Assembly (NCBI GenBank): GCA_015520605.1
Contig: WAPT01000013.1
Span: 1 to 26,759 of the forward strand
DNA length: 26,759 nt
Direction of reading: 5' to 3'
Source: Nanobdellati archaeon
GTDB lineage: Archaea > EX4484-52 > WAPT01
Under the pieces are notes generated by a model that saw only the letters and a list, made by a program, of their open reading frames with translations, did no database searches and was not told where the DNA came from. A program made the translations under genes and the position numbers. Below are positions 25,271 through 26,759 of this stretch, piece by piece. Positions within the stretch are counted from its first letter, which is position 1, and each line of letters opens with the position of its first letter.

Positions 25271-26759
25271 ATGACTGATCATAAAAAACTGTTAATCATC
25301 GGTCTTGATGGCGCGACTTGGGACGTTTTAATACCTCTAATAGAAGGGGGCAAACTTCCAATACTGGGGAAATTGGTCAAAAACGGCGCATACGGAACCC
25401 TAAAATCAACAATCCCGCCGGTAACGGGTGGTGCTTGGTTATCTATTGCAACTGGAAAAAGTCCGGGAAAAACCGGAATAATCGACTTTTTGAACAGGAA
25501 AGATCTTTCATACAGGTTATGCCCGGTGTCATCTGCGGACTTTAAGGGGCAATCTTTTTGGGATTATCTCGGTAAGATAAACAAAAAAGTTGGCATTTTT
25601 AACTACCCCATGTTATTTCCGCCTTACGGGGTTAACGGTTTTATGGTTTCCGGAGTGGGCGCATCCCCAGCAGATGAAATAACATACCCACCCTCATTAA
25701 AAAACGAGCTTGAAAATGTTGAAAGCCCCTATGAGGTGTCCATTTATTTTCACAGCAAAAGATACGAAAACCCGGATTTGTTCATAAGAGATTTAAACGA
25801 ATTCTTAGATAAATTCGAGAAGTGGGTCTATTATGTAGTTAAGGAGAAAGAATGGGATGTTCTGTTTTTAGTGATCTCCGTTACAGACTGGGTGCAGCAC
25901 ATACTCTGGAGACACATAGACGAGGACCACCCCTGGCATGATCCAAAAACATCCCCAAAGTACAAACGGGAGTTTATTAAATTCTGGCAGAGAATAGACG
26001 AAATACTCGGAAAGGTTTTGGAGCTGTCCTGCGAAAATACAGCTGTTTTTATGGTCTCAGACCATGGGTTTGGATCCAATGATCAGACATTTAATTTGGC
26101 TAAATGGCTTGTAAAGAAAGGGTACATGATCCAGAAAAGGAGCATTAAGAGGCTTGTTAAAAAATATATGTATAAGATTGTGAACAAAACTGCCGTAATC
26201 ATGGCAAAAACACCGGTTTTTGGTTTAATGGAAAAAGTTTTTCTTAAAAGCGCCGAAAATGTGTTGGGAACAAACCTTATGGACGAAATTGATTTTGAAA
26301 AAAGTAAGGCATATTGTTTGGGACACACCATTCCCTTCGGAGCCATTTACATAAACGCAAAAAATGAAAAAGAAAAGAAAAAAATAAAATCTAAATTGAT
26401 ACATGATTTGAAAAATCTGAGTAAAGATATTGGAAAAGAGGTAGAAGTTCAAATATATGAACCAAAAAAACTTTATTCTGGAGAGAAATCGGACCTCTTA
26501 CCTGATATAATTTTTACCATAAATGACTGGCGGTGTGTCGTAATCGAGGACAGGTTTGATAGACCTCTGTTTGAAGAAAAACCGTTTTCAACAAGACATA
26601 CGGGCACACACAGACTCAACGGCATCTTCTTAGCTTATGGTCCCGGTATCAAAAAAGGTTATAAGATAACCGATGCAAAAATATACGACATAGCTCCAAC
26701 AGTCCTCCACATCTTCGGCCTGCCAATTCCGAACGATATGGACGGAAGGGTTTTGATGG
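25271..26759 (+). CDS. Alkaline phosphatase superfamily / type I phosphodiesterase-nucleotide pyrophosphatase (runs off window)
   Basis: GGAGG SD, then MTDHKKLLIIGLDGATW...LKSTIPPVT..AW..IATGK.PGK.GI.DF, D..QH, MVSDHGFG, GTH..NGIF...GPGI, DIAPTVLH.FG.....MDGRVL. It is absent from the ORF track, consistent with no stop codon inside the window. Confidence 0.88.
   Translation, partial: MTDHKKLLIIGLDGATWDVLIPLIEGGKLPILGKLVKNGAYGTLKSTIPPVTGGAWLSIATGKSPGKTGIIDFLNRKDLSYRLCPVSSADFKGQSFWDYLGKINKKVGIFNYPMLFPPYGVNGFMVSGVGASPADEITYPPSLKNELENVESPYEVSIYFHSKRYENPDLFIRDLNEFLDKFEKWVYYVVKEKEWDVLFLVISVTDWVQHILWRHIDEDHPWHDPKTSPKYKREFIKFWQRIDEILGKVLELSCENTAVFMVSDHGFGSNDQTFNLAKWLVKKGYMIQKRSIKRLVKKYMYKIVNKTAVIMAKTPVFGLMEKVFLKSAENVLGTNLMDEIDFEKSKAYCLGHTIPFGAIYINAKNEKEKKKIKSKLIHDLKNLSKDIGKEVEVQIYEPKKLYSGEKSDLLPDIIFTINDWRCVVIEDRFDRPLFEEKPFSTRHTGTHRLNGIFLAYGPGIKKGYKITDAKIYDIAPTVLHIFGLPIPNDMDGRVLM

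Noticed and set aside
120-26452. Numerous 60-160 aa antisense or alternate-frame ORFs in the track
   Set aside because: They are shadows of well-supported genes and have no motifs or translation signals.

Overview
This is an archaeal chromosomal core region. Compact genes, AGGTGA-type SD sites, TATA/BRE promoters, PolD and Hjc mark it as archaeal; a DPANN-like affiliation is only my impression. In order, it holds: a PRC-barrel / DUF92 / AAA+-wHTH operon; thpR; archaeosine tRNA-guanine transglycosylase (tgtA) set head-to-head with an apparent RaSEA-ArcS(DUF5591) fusion gene; an M24 peptidase; dnaG; a CBS protein; hjc; an HTH regulator; an ORB-flanked replication origin; cdc6, PolD DP1 and DP2; a TctA-like permease; NAC; a glycosylation cluster; an epimerase remnant; and an AlkP-superfamily gene that runs off the end. 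Three things stand out. (1) A two-gene archaeosine module, in which the radical-SAM enzyme and the ArcS catalytic-motif domain sit in one polypeptide. (2) A second ORB cluster about 7.8 kb from the cdc6 origin, so the cdc6-DP1-DP2 block has origin-like elements on both sides. (3) Two intergenic regions without long credible ORFs (upstream of dnaG, and between DP1 and DP2) that carry related GC-rich hairpins, one flanked by convergent promoters. All family calls are from motif recognition by eye; no database search was run.
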